This document shows positions 18,140-27,610 of a DNA stretch of 64,000 bases, piece after piece. The notes below the pieces were generated by a model. The model was given only the letters and a program-made list of their open reading frames with translations. It was not told the origin of the DNA and ran no database searches. The first letter of the stretch is position 1. Each line of letters starts with the position of its first letter. The stretch spans positions 24,566-88,565 of the forward strand of contig JAITFE010000056.1 of the NCBI GenBank assembly GCA_031281585.1. The letters run 5' to 3'. This DNA comes from Bifidobacteriaceae bacterium. GTDB taxonomy: Bacteria > Actinomycetota > Actinomycetes > Actinomycetales > WQXJ01. The position numbers were made by a program, and so were the translations under genes.

Positions 18140-19239
18140 GCGCCGCAGGCGCCAAGCGCCCAGCCCCGATTCTCCGCGAGCCGGACCCCCGGTCCGGCTC
18201 GCGGATCGCGGCGGTGGGCGGGGCGCGCGGGGAGCGGTTGGTCACAAACGAGGAACTCGCCGGTCCGATCAACTCCTCGGACGAATGGATCAAGTCCCGG
18301 ACGGGGATAACCACCAGAGCGCGGGCCACGGCCGACCAGTCGATGCTGGACCTGGCCGAGGCGGCAGCCCGGCAGGCCATAGGCCGCGCCGGCTTGGCCC
18401 CAGCACAGGTGGACGCCGTGATCTTGGGATCCGTCACGCACTTCGTCCAGACCCCGGCGGCGGCGCCCCAGTTGGCGGCCAGGCTGGGCGCGGTCGGCGC
18501 GGCGGCGTTCGACGTCTCGGCGGCGTGCGCGGGCTACTGCTACGGCATCGGACTGGCCGACGGGCTGGTGCGCGCCGGAGCCGCCGCGAACGTCCTGGTG
18601 GTGGGGGCGGACAAACTGTCCGACATGGTGGACCCGACCGACCGGACCATCTCCTTCCTGCTGGGGGACGGCGCCGGGGCGGCCGTGGTCACCGCGTCAG
18701 ACCGCCCCCGGATAGGCCCCACGGTGTGGGGATCCGACGGCTCCAAAGCCGACCGGGTTGGCCAAAACCTGGACTTCCGCGAGGCGGTGGCCAGCGGAAT
18801 CTGGCCCACACTGCGCCAAGACGGGCCCGTGGTCTACAAATGGGCCGTGTTCGAAATGGCGAAGGTGGCACTGGCGGCGATCGCGGCGGCCGGCCTGGCC
18901 CCGGACGACATCGAAGTCTTCATTCCGCATCAGGCCAACCTCCGCATCATTGAGCAGCAGGTCAAACGGATCGGCTTCGGGCCGGACGTGGTGGTGGCCC
19001 GCGACATCGCGGAGACCGGCAACACGTCCGCGGCGTCCATTCCGCTGGCGACCGAACGCCTGGGCCGCGACGACCCGGCCGTGGGGGGGCGCCTGGCGCT
19101 CCAAATCGGCTTCGGGGCCGGGCTTGCCTACGCCGCCCAGGTGGTCGAATTGCCGCCGGCCGCAGGCCTTCAAGACATCCCGCAGGACAATCAAGAAGAC
19201 ACCAACGAAAGGAACGCCCGTGGCACTGGACAAGACTGA
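18136..19239 (+). CDS. fabH: 3-oxoacyl-ACP synthase III
   Basis: The ATG at 18136 overlaps the fabD stop (ATGA). Motifs: SAACAGYCYG (Cys), HQANLRI (His), GNTSAAS (Asn). Confidence 0.88.
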   Translation: MSAAGAKRPAPILREPDPRSGSRIAAVGGARGERLVTNEELAGPINSSDEWIKSRTGITTRARATADQSMLDLAEAAARQAIGRAGLAPAQVDAVILGSVTHFVQTPAAAPQLAARLGAVGAAAFDVSAACAGYCYGIGLADGLVRAGAAANVLVVGADKLSDMVDPTDRTISFLLGDGAGAAVVTASDRPRIGPTVWGSDGSKADRVGQNLDFREAVASGIWPTLRQDGPVVYKWAVFEMAKVALAAIAAAGLAPDDIEVFIPHQANLRIIEQQVKRIGFGPDVVVARDIAETGNTSAASIPLATERLGRDDPAVGGRLALQIGFGAGLAYAAQVVELPPAAGLQDIPQDNQEDTNERNARGTGQD

Positions 19240-19462
19240 GGTTCTAGACGGCCTGATCGAGATCATCGTGGATGAAACCGGCTTGGACTCGGCTGAGATC
19301 ACGCCCGAGAAGAACTTCGCCGACGACTTGGACATCGACTCGATGTCCATGATGACGATCATGACCCTGGCCGAGGACAAATTCGGCGTGGAAATCCCCG
19401 ACGACTCGGTGGGGACCCTCCACACCGTCGGGGACGCGGTCGACTTCATCGCGGGCGCCTGA
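19220..19462 (+). CDS. acpP: acyl carrier protein
   Basis: 80 aa from the GTG at 19220, preceded by GAAAGGAA. The phosphopantetheine attachment site is DLDIDSMSMM. Confidence 0.85.
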   Translation: MALDKTEVLDGLIEIIVDETGLDSAEITPEKNFADDLDIDSMSMMTIMTLAEDKFGVEIPDDSVGTLHTVGDAVDFIAGA

Positions 19463-19467
19463 GGACA

Positions 19468-20733
19468 ATGGCCGCTCCGCAGATCGTCGTCACCGGCCTG
19501 GGGGCGACCACCCCGTTGGGCGGAGACGTGGAGTCGACCTGGCGGGCGGTCCTGGCCGGCGAGCCGGGCGTCCACGCCCTGGACAACACGTGGGCCGAGG
19601 ATTTCGGGATAGTCTCCAACTTCGCCGCCACGCTGAAAGTGGCCGCCGATGCCGTCTTGTCACGCCAGGAGCAGCGCCGCAACGACCCGTCCGCCCAGTA
19701 CGCGCTGATCGCCGCGCGGCAGGCTTGGGCCGACGCGGGCGCTCCCCCGGTCGCGCCGGAACGCCTCGCGGTGGTCATGGCGACGGGCATTGGCGGCCTG
19801 CACACCATGTTGGGGGCTTGGGACACGGTCCGCGAGCGGGGGGCCCGGCGGCTCCTGCCTTTGACGGTGCCCATGCTGATGCCGAACTCGCCCGCCGCGG
19901 CCGTCGCGATCGACTTGTCCGCCCGCGCGGGGGCCCACGCCCCGGTTTCAGCTTGCGCCTCCGGCGCGGAGGCCGTGGTGACGGCCGCCCGCCTGATCGA
20001 ATTGGGCTTGGCGGACGTGGTGGTGGCCGGGGGCGCCGAGGCGGCGATCCACCCCTTGACGCTGGGTGCCTTCGGCAAGATGCAGGCGCTGTCCACCAGG
20101 TCGGATTCGCCGGAGACGGCCTCCCGGCCTTATTGCGCCACCCGCGACGGTTTCGTCATGGGCGAGGGCGCGGGCGTTCTGGTCCTGGAGTCGGCCGCCC
20201 ACGCCGAGGCGCGCGGGGCGAAGGCCCACGCCGTGCTGGCGGGTGTCGGCTCTTCGGCGGACGCCTATGACGTGGCGCCTCCCGACCCGACGGGCCAGGG
20301 CCAATTGCGGGCCATGCGGGCGGCCCTGGCGGCTGCGGGACCCGAGGCGCGGGCGAACCTGGCCCACGTCAACGCCCACGCCACCGCGACCCCGGCGGGG
20401 GACCCGGTTGAGGCCCGGGCCATTGCGGACGCGCTCGCGGAAGCCTTGGGCTCGCGGGAGGCCGCCCTGGCGGTGCCGGTCAGCGCCACCAAGTCCATGA
20501 CCGGCCACCTGTTGGGCGCCGCCGGCGCGGTCGAGTCGATTTTCGCCATCCTGGCGCTGCGGGACCGCCTCGCCCCGCCCACCATCAACATTCAGGAACT
20601 GGACCCGGAAGTCCCCTGCCGCGTGGTCCGGGACCGACCGGAGCCGCTGCCCGCCGAAGGCGGCCTGGCGGCTTTGAACAACGCGTTCGGCTTTGGCGGC
20701 CACAACATGGCGCTGGTCTTCGCCATCCCCTAA
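19468..20733 (+). CDS. fabF: 3-oxoacyl-ACP synthase II
   Basis: 421 aa with VSACASGAE (active Cys), NAHATATPAGD and TGHLLGAAG. Confidence 0.92.
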   Translation: MAAPQIVVTGLGATTPLGGDVESTWRAVLAGEPGVHALDNTWAEDFGIVSNFAATLKVAADAVLSRQEQRRNDPSAQYALIAARQAWADAGAPPVAPERLAVVMATGIGGLHTMLGAWDTVRERGARRLLPLTVPMLMPNSPAAAVAIDLSARAGAHAPVSACASGAEAVVTAARLIELGLADVVVAGGAEAAIHPLTLGAFGKMQALSTRSDSPETASRPYCATRDGFVMGEGAGVLVLESAAHAEARGAKAHAVLAGVGSSADAYDVAPPDPTGQGQLRAMRAALAAAGPEARANLAHVNAHATATPAGDPVEARAIADALAEALGSREAALAVPVSATKSMTGHLLGAAGAVESIFAILALRDRLAPPTINIQELDPEVPCRVVRDRPEPLPAEGGLAALNNAFGFGGHNMALVFAIP

Positions 20734-20736
20734 GAC

Positions 20737-20798
20737 CGAAAAACGGGGACGGTACCTATTTCCGGCCGGCCGGAAATAGGTACCGTCCCCGTTTTTCG
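20737..20798. repeat. palindromic GGGGACGGTACC-core element, probable bidirectional terminator (fabF > < DUF3145)
   Basis: CGAAAAACGGGGACGGTACCTATTTCCGGCC|GGCCGGAAATAGGTACCGTCCCCGTTTTTCG is a perfect 62-bp palindrome. A partial extra arm TCCCCGTTTTTGG follows at 20799..20811. Confidence 0.88.
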
Positions 20799-20813
20799 TC
20801 CCCGTTTTTGGCG

Positions 20814-21317
20814 TCAGCCCACCTGGTGCAGCCAGCGGACGGGGGCGCCGGCGCCCGCGTAGCGGAACGGCTCCAGTTCGTCGTCCCAGGCCTGGCCCAA
20901 CGCCAAGTCCAGCCCGCGGCGCAGCGCGATCAGGTCGCCCCGGCAGTCGAGGGCGGCGCGGATGCGGTCCTCCGGCACCATGGTGTTGCCGTGGACGTCT
21001 ACCACGGCGTGGAAGATCCCCAGGGACGGGGTGTGGGACCAGCGGCCGCCGTCCGCGCCGAACGAGGGCTCCTCGGTGACCTCGTAGCGCAGGTGCTCCC
21101 AGCCGCGCAAGGCTGAGGCGAGGCGCGCGCCGGTGCCCTGCGGGCCCTGCCAGGAGTATTCGGCGCGCAGAGTTCCAGGCGCGGCGGGTTGGTCCGTCCA
21201 GTCCATCGACACGTCCATGCCGAGCACATTGGTCGCGACCCATTCCACGTGCGGGCTGACCGCTCGTGGAGAAGAGTGCACAAAGAGCACGCCGCGCGTG
21301 ATCACATCAGACATCAT
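20814..21317 (-). CDS. DUF3145 domain protein (conserved actinobacterial)
   Basis: 167 aa starting MMSDVITRGVLFVHSSPRAVSPHVEWV, a pattern I recognise for this family. GGGAGG lies upstream of the ATG. Confidence 0.7.
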   Translation of the reverse strand: MMSDVITRGVLFVHSSPRAVSPHVEWVATNVLGMDVSMDWTDQPAAPGTLRAEYSWQGPQGTGARLASALRGWEHLRYEVTEEPSFGADGGRWSHTPSLGIFHAVVDVHGNTMVPEDRIRAALDCRGDLIALRRGLDLALGQAWDDELEPFRYAGAGAPVRWLHQVG

Positions 21318-21513
21318 CAGCCTCCCAGAATCTACTCGAGGTGCGTCTTCCCCTACGACCTCGGTATCACTTCTGTTCTAGCCAATGGAAACGGACACGG
21401 CCTCGCGCGGCGTGCCAACGTCTATTGTGCCCCATGTTGGGGCGGCGCCGCCACTCCGTTAGGCGGCCGTCAAAAGCCGACCTGCCGATTAAGAAATGCT
21501 AACCGCGCGGACC

Positions 21514-21996
21514 CTAGAGTTCGCGGACGGCCGCCATGGCTTTCTTGCGGGTCGCCCGGTCAAGGCGGTCCAGGTAAAGGTGGCCGTCCAGGTGGTCGAC
21601 CTCGTGTTGAAGGCAGCGCGCCATCAGACCCGTGCCCTCCACCATGACCTCGTTGCCGTCCAGGTCCTGGCCCACAACCCGGGCGTAGAACGCCCGCTTG
21701 GTGGGAAACCAAAGGCCGGGCACCGACAGGCAGCCCTCGTCCCCGTCCTGGCTCTGCTCCGACAGTTCCGCGATGACCGGGTTCAGCACGTAGCCGACCT
21801 CGTCGTCAATGTTGTATGAGAACGCCCTCAGCGAGACCCCGATTTGATTGGCGGCCAGACCGGCCCGGCCTTCGGTGTCGACTGTTTCCAACAGATCCGC
21901 CACCAACGACCGGACGCGGTCGTCAATCTTGGTGATCGGGTCGCACTGCGTGCGCAAGACCGGGTCGCCTATCACCCGGATGTCTCTCATCGCCAT
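21514..21996 (-). CDS. def: peptide deformylase
   Basis: [16 protein letters not shown] and QHEVDHLDG metal-binding motifs. Confidence 0.93.
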   Translation of the reverse strand: MAMRDIRVIGDPVLRTQCDPITKIDDRVRSLVADLLETVDTEGRAGLAANQIGVSLRAFSYNIDDEVGYVLNPVIAELSEQSQDGDEGCLSVPGLWFPTKRAFYARVVGQDLDGNEVMVEGTGLMARCLQHEVDHLDGHLYLDRLDRATRKKAMAAVREL

Positions 21997-22003
21997 GGAT
22001 TAA

Positions 22004-22651
22004 TCATCCCATGGCGGTGGCCTGGCCTTTCGACTTCAGGCTGAAAGCCCCCACCACGTCGAAGATGCCGCCCACCACCAGCGCGGCGCCGGCCACGATC
22101 AACAGCGGCAGCAGCATCTCCGCCGGCCAGAGGATCAGGATCACCCCGGCCACCAGCGACACCACCGCGAAGGCGATCGCCCAGCCGCGGCCTTGGCGGC
22201 GCGGCGGCAGCAGCGCCAGGGTGGCGGCGCCCTCCATCATCCAGGCGAAGCCGATCAGCAGCACGGTCGCCAACAAGCCGAAGCCCGGAAAGCGAATCGC
22301 CACCGCTCCGATGGCCGCCAGCAGGACGCCCAGGATGACGTTGAGGATCCGCAGGCCGGCCGTGAAACTGGAGTCGACGGCACCCATGACGATCCGGATG
22401 ACGCCGGCCACGACGAAGAAGATCCCGACCACGAAGGCGAACGCCTCCAGCGACAGGCCCGGCAAGAACAGGATCAGCGCGCCCAGGACCAGGCCGGCCA
22501 GGCCCCGGACCACCAGCCAGGCTTTGAGCCGGCCGACCGACGCGGGGCTCAGGAAGAATGGGCGGCCGAACAGGCCGATCGCCTCAGCGCGGGCGGCGGC
22601 CTGCCGCTCCGCCTCGGCGGCGGGGTTTGTGAATTGTTGAGTTTGCGTCAT
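22004..22651 (-). CDS. HdeD/DUF308 family membrane protein
   Basis: 215 aa with six hydrophobic helices in the repeating pattern typical of DUF308. It lies 7 bp upstream of def, and its start overlaps the MFS stop (ATGA). Confidence 0.65.
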   Translation of the reverse strand: MTQTQQFTNPAAEAERQAAARAEAIGLFGRPFFLSPASVGRLKAWLVVRGLAGLVLGALILFLPGLSLEAFAFVVGIFFVVAGVIRIVMGAVDSSFTAGLRILNVILGVLLAAIGAVAIRFPGFGLLATVLLIGFAWMMEGAATLALLPPRRQGRGWAIAFAVVSLVAGVILILWPAEMLLPLLIVAGAALVVGGIFDVVGAFSLKSKGQATAMG

Positions 22652-24294
22652 GCGACTGTTCCTCGATTCTGCGTGTCAGCCACGGCGATGCCTCGATCTG
22701 TCCGCGGCATGTTTTCGGGTCGGACCAGGTGTCTGACCCGGGGATTGGGCGTGGCTAGCGCCAGGGCTTGGCGTTCAAGCTCCCGGTCGTATCCTGTGAT
22801 GCGCTCCTCGCGTTGGGCGATGTGCTCGCCCCAGGTCGGCAAGGTGTACTGCTCGACAAAGCTGCCCAGGTCCGCGACGTCTTGCCACAAGTCCCAGCTT
22901 GTGGCGCCAGTGCGCCGGCGGGAGGTCGCCAAGGCGCGGATCGCCCGTTCAAACCCCGCCACATGGTCCTTAGAAACCTCGTATTCGACTTGGATCAAGA
23001 CCGGTCCCGCGGCGGCCGGCACCGCGTCGTCCGGGGCGGTTTCCGGCATGGCGGCGATTTCCCTGTCCAGGGCGCCGGTCGAATGGTAGAGGGGCCAGAC
23101 GGCCATGGTGACCAGGCCGGCCAGGACCAGCGCCGCCCCCACGGCCAGGGTGGCGACCGGCCCGAGCGCGCTGGCCACCGCCCCCCACACGGCCGAGCCC
23201 ACGCCTTGTCCGCCCATGAAGACAATCGAGTAGACGGCCAGCGAGCGCGCCCTGACCCAGGCGGGCAGGGTCAGCATCATGGCGGTGTTGAGGACGGACA
23301 ACACGATCACCCAGCCGACCCCTGCGGCTAGCAGCAGCGTCAGGACCAGCGGCAGCGATCTGGCGAAGGCCACCGCCATCATGGCGAGGCCGTAAACGGC
23401 GGTGGCGCCCAGCAACAGGCCGTTGTTGTGCAGCCGGCCCCGCAGCCATGGCAAGATCAGCGCCCCGACGACCGCGCCCAGACCCAAGGCGCCCAGCATG
23501 ACCCCGTAGCCGGACGATTGCTGGCCCATCACGCCGTGGGCGACCACCGCCAGCAGCGCCCAAAGGGCGGACGCCGGGATCACGAACACGGCGGCGCGAA
23601 AGGTGATCCGCCGCACTCCGGGCGCGTTGCGCACGTAGCGCAGGCCGGAGGCGATAGCGGGTCCCATGCCGACCGCCCCGCGCGACCTCGGCGCGTCCCG
23701 CCAGAGCGCGAGCGCCACGATCACGCTGGCGAAGGAGACGGCGTTGACGCCGAAGACCAGCGCCGGCCCGGCCCAGGCCACCAGGGCGCCAGCCACGGCG
23801 GGGCCGACCGCGCGGGCGATGTTGATGTTGGCGCTGGTGATGGCGGAGGCGGAGGGGATCAGGTAGCGGGGCACCAGGTCGGGTTGGATGGCCTGCCAGG
23901 CCGGCGAGCCGAGCGCCGCGCCGCAGCCCAGCGCGAAGGTCAGCACCAGCACCACCGCGGGCCCCGCGTCGCCCGCCCAGGTCACCAGGGCCAGCACGCC
24001 GGCGGCGCAGGCCATGAAGCCGTTGGCGAAGATCAAAAGCCAGCGCCGGTCAAGGGAGTCAGCCAGGACCCCGGCCGGCAGCGACAGCAGCAGCACCGGC
24101 AACAGCGACGCGGCGGACACCAAGGCGGTCAGCAGGGCCGCGTGCTCGTCCCCGACCAGCATCCATTGGGCGCCCACCGACTGCATCCAACTGCCCACGT
24201 TGGAGGCCAGCTGGGCAAGCCACAGCCACCGAAAGACGCGGATGACCAACGGCGCCATCGGCCCGGTGTGAATAGTCGCTGTGGCCACTCCCAC
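22648..24294 (-). CDS. MFS transporter with a ~130 aa cytoplasmic C-terminal domain
   Basis: 548 aa with about 12 hydrophobic helices, the loop motif LADSLDRRWLL after TM2, and a soluble tail. Confidence 0.8.
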   Translation of the reverse strand: MGVATATIHTGPMAPLVIRVFRWLWLAQLASNVGSWMQSVGAQWMLVGDEHAALLTALVSAASLLPVLLLSLPAGVLADSLDRRWLLIFANGFMACAAGVLALVTWAGDAGPAVVLVLTFALGCGAALGSPAWQAIQPDLVPRYLIPSASAITSANINIARAVGPAVAGALVAWAGPALVFGVNAVSFASVIVALALWRDAPRSRGAVGMGPAIASGLRYVRNAPGVRRITFRAAVFVIPASALWALLAVVAHGVMGQQSSGYGVMLGALGLGAVVGALILPWLRGRLHNNGLLLGATAVYGLAMMAVAFARSLPLVLTLLLAAGVGWVIVLSVLNTAMMLTLPAWVRARSLAVYSIVFMGGQGVGSAVWGAVASALGPVATLAVGAALVLAGLVTMAVWPLYHSTGALDREIAAMPETAPDDAVPAAAGPVLIQVEYEVSKDHVAGFERAIRALATSRRRTGATSWDLWQDVADLGSFVEQYTLPTWGEHIAQREERITGYDRELERQALALATPNPRVRHLVRPENMPRTDRGIAVADTQNRGTVA

Positions 24295-24345
24295 AGGCTA
24301 GGCAGGGGCGCGTCCAAAGGCGCGCGGTGTGACGCAGGTCTCAGA

Positions 24346-24903
24346 CTACGAAACCCGACGGGCCCGCCGCCGGGCCGCCAGTTCGTCGATCGGAACGGCC
24401 GCCGATGCCGTCTCCGCCGACCGCTCCGAAGGCAGTTGCGCCAGGGTCCCCTCGACTTCCCGCCAGACCCTTGAGACGGCTATGCCGAAGACGCCTTGGC
24501 CTCCTTGGACTAGGTCGAAGACCTCGTCCGCGTTGGTGCATTCGTAGACCGAGGCGCCGTCTGACATCAATGTGACGGTGGCCAGGTCTTCCACGCCCCG
24601 TTCGCGCAGATGCTGGACAGCGGTCCGGATTTGGTGGAGCGAGACGCCCGTGTCGAGCAGGCGTTTGACGATCTTCAAGACCAAGATGTCGCGGAAGTTG
24701 TAGAGCCGTTGGGTGCCGGAGCCGGTGGCGGGCCGGACCGAGGGCTCGACCAGCCCGGTCCTGGCCCAATAGTCAAGCTGACGGTAGGTGATCCCGGCCG
24801 CCCGGCAGGCTGTCGGACCGCGAAAGCCGATCGACTCGTCGGTCACGCGACCGCCGAACAACAGACCTTGCTCGCCCGATTGGCCATAGTCGTTGAAGGC
24901 CAT
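24346..24903 (-). CDS. MerR family transcriptional regulator
   Basis: HTH GITYRQLDYWARTGLVEP...QRLYNFRDILVLKIV. Its position matches the distal MerR gene of the actinobacterial garA neighbourhood. Confidence 0.8.
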   Translation of the reverse strand: MAFNDYGQSGEQGLLFGGRVTDESIGFRGPTACRAAGITYRQLDYWARTGLVEPSVRPATGSGTQRLYNFRDILVLKIVKRLLDTGVSLHQIRTAVQHLRERGVEDLATVTLMSDGASVYECTNADEVFDLVQGGQGVFGIAVSRVWREVEGTLAQLPSERSAETASAAVPIDELAARRRARRVS

Positions 24904-25081
24904 TAGGAGTCACTTTCTCTAGTTCTTCGGCTTGACGTTGCTCCTGCTGCTTCGACGCTATGGCTCTGGACCGCGCGGGTCAATCCGCCACGCCGACGAG
25001 CTCGGCCATTGCCTAAACCTCAAGTTGAGCTTGAACCTGCTTCGGCCCGCTCCCCCGCCGCCCGGCGAAGCGCGCGGAGCG

Positions 25082-25729
25082 TCACAGGCCGGCGGCCTTC
25101 AGCCGGACCAGGGCGCTGGCCAGGCGCGCCATCGCCGCCGCGCATTCGGACGCCCGCCCCGGGGTTGAGCTGGTGGCCAAAGCGACCAGTTCGACTTGCC
25201 GCTGGGCGGCGTGGAACACGGGCTTCAGGTGCCGCAACTCCAAGCCGAAAGGGGCCAGCTCCGCCACGGCCTCGACAGCCTGAATGAGCGCGCCGTCCGC
25301 CGCCTTCGCATCGACTCCGGCCGCCTTCGCGACCGCTTCGACCGTGGTGTGCTCCTGGCCCGTGACCGTCGCCACATCCTCGGTCGCGACCGGCACCGGG
25401 CGCGGGCGGCGCACCCGCGCCAAACCGCCGGCCTCCCCGGCCGCGTCCATGGCGTCAAGCCGGGCTTTGATGACCTTGAGCGGCAGGAAATTGTCGCGTT
25501 GCTGCATCAGCACCCAGGCGACCCTTTCGACATCCGCCTCGGAATACCGCCGGTAGCCGGAGGCCGTCCGCTCCGGCGCGATCAACCCCTGGTCTTCGAG
25601 GTAGCGAAGCTTTGACACCGTCAGCCCGGGAAACTCGCCCTGCAGCGCGCCCAAAACCGCGGAGATGGACAGCGTGGCGCGGTGGCTGAGCCCCGGCGGC
25701 CAGGACTGAGCGCGGGCGGCGGCCCTCAC
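25082..25729 (-). CDS. MerR family regulator, FtsR-like
   Basis: LTVSKLRYLEDQGLIAPERTASGYRRYSEADV and FLPLKVIKARLDA are present. The GTG at 25729 overlaps the garA stop (GTGA). The longer track ORF would overlap garA. Confidence 0.75.
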   Translation of the reverse strand: MRAAARAQSWPPGLSHRATLSISAVLGALQGEFPGLTVSKLRYLEDQGLIAPERTASGYRRYSEADVERVAWVLMQQRDNFLPLKVIKARLDAMDAAGEAGGLARVRRPRPVPVATEDVATVTGQEHTTVEAVAKAAGVDAKAADGALIQAVEAVAELAPFGLELRHLKPVFHAAQRQVELVALATSSTPGRASECAAAMARLASALVRLKAAGL

Positions 25730-26208
25730 GACGGCCTGGATGGCGACGGGTGGAAGGTCAGGCGGTACTTGCCGATCTGGACTTCGTCCCCGGCCCTCAA
25801 AAGGGCCTCGTCGACCCGCTCGCGGTTGACATAGGTGCCGTTCAGAGAACCCAGATCGTGGACCCAAAAGTCCGCGTCCTGCCGGTCAAAAGTGGCGTGC
25901 CGCCGGGAGACCGTGACGTCGTCCAGGAAAATGTCCGACTTAGTGGAGCGTCCGGCGCTGGTCGAATCCGCGTCAAGCAAGAAGCGGGACCCCGCATTCG
26001 GGCCGCGCTGGACAACCAACAGCGCCGAAGTGGGCGGCAAAGCCTCAATGGCGGCCTGCGCTTGGGGACTAAGCCCCTCACCCAACGGCGCGTCCGGCTC
26101 GAATTCAGCCAGGCCGCCGATCGCCTGCGTCGAGTCGATGCCAAAAGCCGGTCCTGATTCGGGTTCCACCCTCATCACCCCTTCCGGTCCAGCGAAGTAG
26201 TGTCCCAT
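25726..26208 (-). CDS. garA: FHA-domain protein, GarA/OdhI-like
   Basis: The C-terminal FHA domain reads GRSTKSDIFLDDVTVSRRHATF...GSLNGTYVNRERV. Size (160 aa) and context match GarA. Confidence 0.8.
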   Translation of the reverse strand: MGHYFAGPEGVMRVEPESGPAFGIDSTQAIGGLAEFEPDAPLGEGLSPQAQAAIEALPPTSALLVVQRGPNAGSRFLLDADSTSAGRSTKSDIFLDDVTVSRRHATFDRQDADFWVHDLGSLNGTYVNRERVDEALLRAGDEVQIGKYRLTFHPSPSRPS

Positions 26209-26297
26209 GTCACTTTAGCTCACCCGCCGAAACCTCAAGTCCTCAGTTTCGCTCTGTGGGACGCGGGCGTCCGGGCCGGCCGTCAAACACGTCCTCC

Positions 26298-27281
26298 CTA
26301 ATCAGGCAGCGCAGTCGCGTAACGCGGCGGAGTCAGGCCCCGCACCGCCGTGATGCTGACTTTTTCCGGGACGGCAATAGTCGACGAGCCGCCCTGCGTC
26401 CGAACCGCCGCCAAAGCGCCGCCCGGAATGCCCAAAGCCGTCTCCAAAGTGGACGGATCGCCAATCGCCAGCCATTCATAGGGCGGCGCGATTTCCAATC
26501 CGTCCACCATGACGCAGCCGCTGGACGCGCAATCCTCGAAATAGGTGGCCGCCACCACTCTGATGGGCCCCAGCGCGATCGCCTCCGCGCCCGCGTTCCG
26601 CAACTCGTCCACCAGCATGTAGGCGGCCGCCGCCGTCAGCTTCCGGTCCGGGTCCCGCACGGTCAGCGCGATCCCCGGGCCTTCGGCCGGAATGGTGCCG
26701 GCCAGAATCCCCTGGACCAAAGCCCGCTGGCGGGCCGCCTCGGCCGCCGCCTGCTGGCTGGTCTGGTCCGACTCGAGGCGGTCGCGTTCGCGCTGCAAAG
26801 ACAGGTTCTCCGCCTCCAGGCGGTTGGCCTGGGCGTCGAGTTGGTCCAAGACCTCGACCAACTCGTCCTGCCGGAGTTTCGAGAAGTCCGCCTTGCCGAC
26901 TTGTTTGACCTGCGTCGCGGCGCCAAAACCGAGCACCAGGCACAGCAGGCCGGCGGTCAGGTGGGCCTTGGACACCTTCGGCCGAAGCGCCCTCAGGAGC
27001 CGCCACCAGGCGGCCGAGCCTTGCGCGGGGCGGGCGCGACTGGCCGTCCGGCCCTCCGCCGTGTCGGCGGCGTTTCCCCCGCCGGGTGCCGGGGCGTCCC
27101 CGGCCCGGCCGCCGCCGCGACTGGCCGCCGTACCCGTTCCGGAAGCGGGGCCGTCCCCGGCCCGGCCGCCGCCAAGGCCGGCCGCCGCGCCCGTTCCGGG
27201 GGCTGGGACGGAGCCGGAGTCGGGAGCTTGGGCGGACGGCATCGTGCGCCGGTTTTTCGCGGAACGACGGCCGGAAGTCAT
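26298..27281 (-). CDS. DUF881 domain protein
   Basis: It has a TM anchor, then a coiled segment (LDAQANRLEAENLSLQRERDRLES), then the conserved GPGIALTV...DELRNAGAEAI core. The N-terminal tail is low complexity and the start is uncertain. Confidence 0.75.
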   Translation of the reverse strand: MTSGRRSAKNRRTMPSAQAPDSGSVPAPGTGAAAGLGGGRAGDGPASGTGTAASRGGGRAGDAPAPGGGNAADTAEGRTASRARPAQGSAAWWRLLRALRPKVSKAHLTAGLLCLVLGFGAATQVKQVGKADFSKLRQDELVEVLDQLDAQANRLEAENLSLQRERDRLESDQTSQQAAAEAARQRALVQGILAGTIPAEGPGIALTVRDPDRKLTAAAAYMLVDELRNAGAEAIALGPIRVVAATYFEDCASSGCVMVDGLEIAPPYEWLAIGDPSTLETALGIPGGALAAVRTQGGSSTIAVPEKVSITAVRGLTPPRYATALPD

Positions 27282-27610
27282 GCGCTGAACAGCTTCCGCC
27301 TAATGGAGGCGGCGTTGGAGAAGATCCGGATGCCGAGCACCACCAGGACCGCCGTGGATAGCTGCGAGCCGACGCCCAACTGGTCGCCTATGAACACCAA
27401 CAGCGCCGCCACCAGCACGTTCGAGAAGAACGAGACCACGAACACGCGGTCGTCGAAGAGCCCGTCCAGCAACGCGCGGACCGCGCCCGCCAGCGCGTCA
27501 AGCGCCGCCACCACCGCGATCGGCAGATACGGCGCCAAGAACGCCGGCACGTCGGTCTGCGTGGCCATGCCCAGCACAACGCCGATTATCAACCCCAACA
27601 GAGCAATCAA
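27278..27610 (-). CDS. small basic membrane protein (DUF1290)
   Basis: 110 aa from the TTG at 27610, overlapping the upstream stop (TTGA). The sequence is LIALLGLIIGVVLG...IRIFSNAASIRRKLF. It sits between two DUF881 genes, as is usual. Confidence 0.65.
   Translation of the reverse strand: MIALLGLIIGVVLGMATQTDVPAFLAPYLPIAVVAALDALAGAVRALLDGLFDDRVFVVSFFSNVLVAALLVFIGDQLGVGSQLSTAVLVVLGIRIFSNAASIRRKLFSA

Noticed and set aside
21318-21513. Possible small RNA or tRNA in the def / DUF3145 intergenic region, and likewise in 52689..52903 and 15857..16050
   Set aside because: I found no cloverleaf-compatible arms, no conserved tRNA boxes and no known actinobacterial sRNA signature such as C-rich 6C loops. 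They are most simply 5' UTR and promoter sequence.
25020-25034. Inverted repeat TCAAG-TTGAG-CTTGA upstream of the distal MerR gene as its operator
   Set aside because: The arms are only 5 bp, and I could not place -35/-10 boxes with MerR-type spacing around it. That is too weak to report as a feature.
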